Below are positions 63,851 through 64,000 of a stretch of 64,000 nt of DNA, in pieces; the first letter of the stretch is position 1; every line of letters begins with the position of its first letter. The notes beneath the pieces were generated by a model. That model worked only from the letters and a program-made list of their open reading frames with translations, made no database searches and was not told the DNA's origin. The stretch is from Candidatus Bathyarchaeota archaeon (GTDB lineage: Archaea; Thermoproteota; Bathyarchaeia; Bathyarchaeales; Bathycorpusculaceae). The translations under genes and the position numbers were made by a program. The DNA lies in assembly GCA_963827165.1 (NCBI GenBank), contig CAWGZR010000005.1, positions 288,001-352,000 on the forward strand, written 5' to 3'.

Positions 63851-64000
63851 GTTGACTTTTGTTGACGTTAGTTGACTTTAGTAGACTTTTATTGACTTTA
63901 GTTGACTTTTGTTGACTATTGTTGACTTTGGTAGACTTTAGTTGACGCAACCTGCAGACAATTCAAGCCCTAAACCAAAAAAGCAATCCAAAACACAAAC
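63851..64000. repeat. 10-bp periodic array (10 x GTTGACnnnn) plus conserved tail, copy E (runs off the window)
   Basis: gttgactttt gttgacgtta gttgacttta gtagactttt.., then TGCAG-ACAATTC-AAGCCC-TAAAC-CAAAAAAGCAA-TCCAAAACACAAAC. Confidence 0.88.

Overview
Archaeal chromosomal window. Gene content and order (rps13-rps4-rps11-rpoD-rpl18e-rpl13-rps9-rpoN, Pcc1, EndoQ-like, PEF-CTERM surface protein, many TTG starts) suggest Bathyarchaeia; this is inferred, not database-checked. The housekeeping flanks (1-20 kb, 46.6-64 kb) enclose a double integration hotspot at divergent tRNA-Thr(GGT) and tRNA-Leu(TAG). A 3.85 kb mini-element with an SSV1-type integrase sits in tRNA-Thr, with a relic of an older sibling to its left. 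An 18.3 kb plasmid/provirus-like element sits in tRNA-Leu and carries a tyrosine integrase, an AEP primase plus ATPase, GTCAC iterons, a type I R-M system and other nucleases/toxin relics. It also has an HTH-ParB-ABC ATPase-GNAT module with a candidate -1 frameshift signal. A further islet encodes a membrane-anchored Mrr-like/TIR-like fusion. The most unusual feature is a dispersed non-coding family of 5 copies, each a helically phased 10-bp tandem array with its own core motif joined to a shared ~48-bp tail. Dense single-base indels in 26.8-42 kb are probably partly sequencing error.
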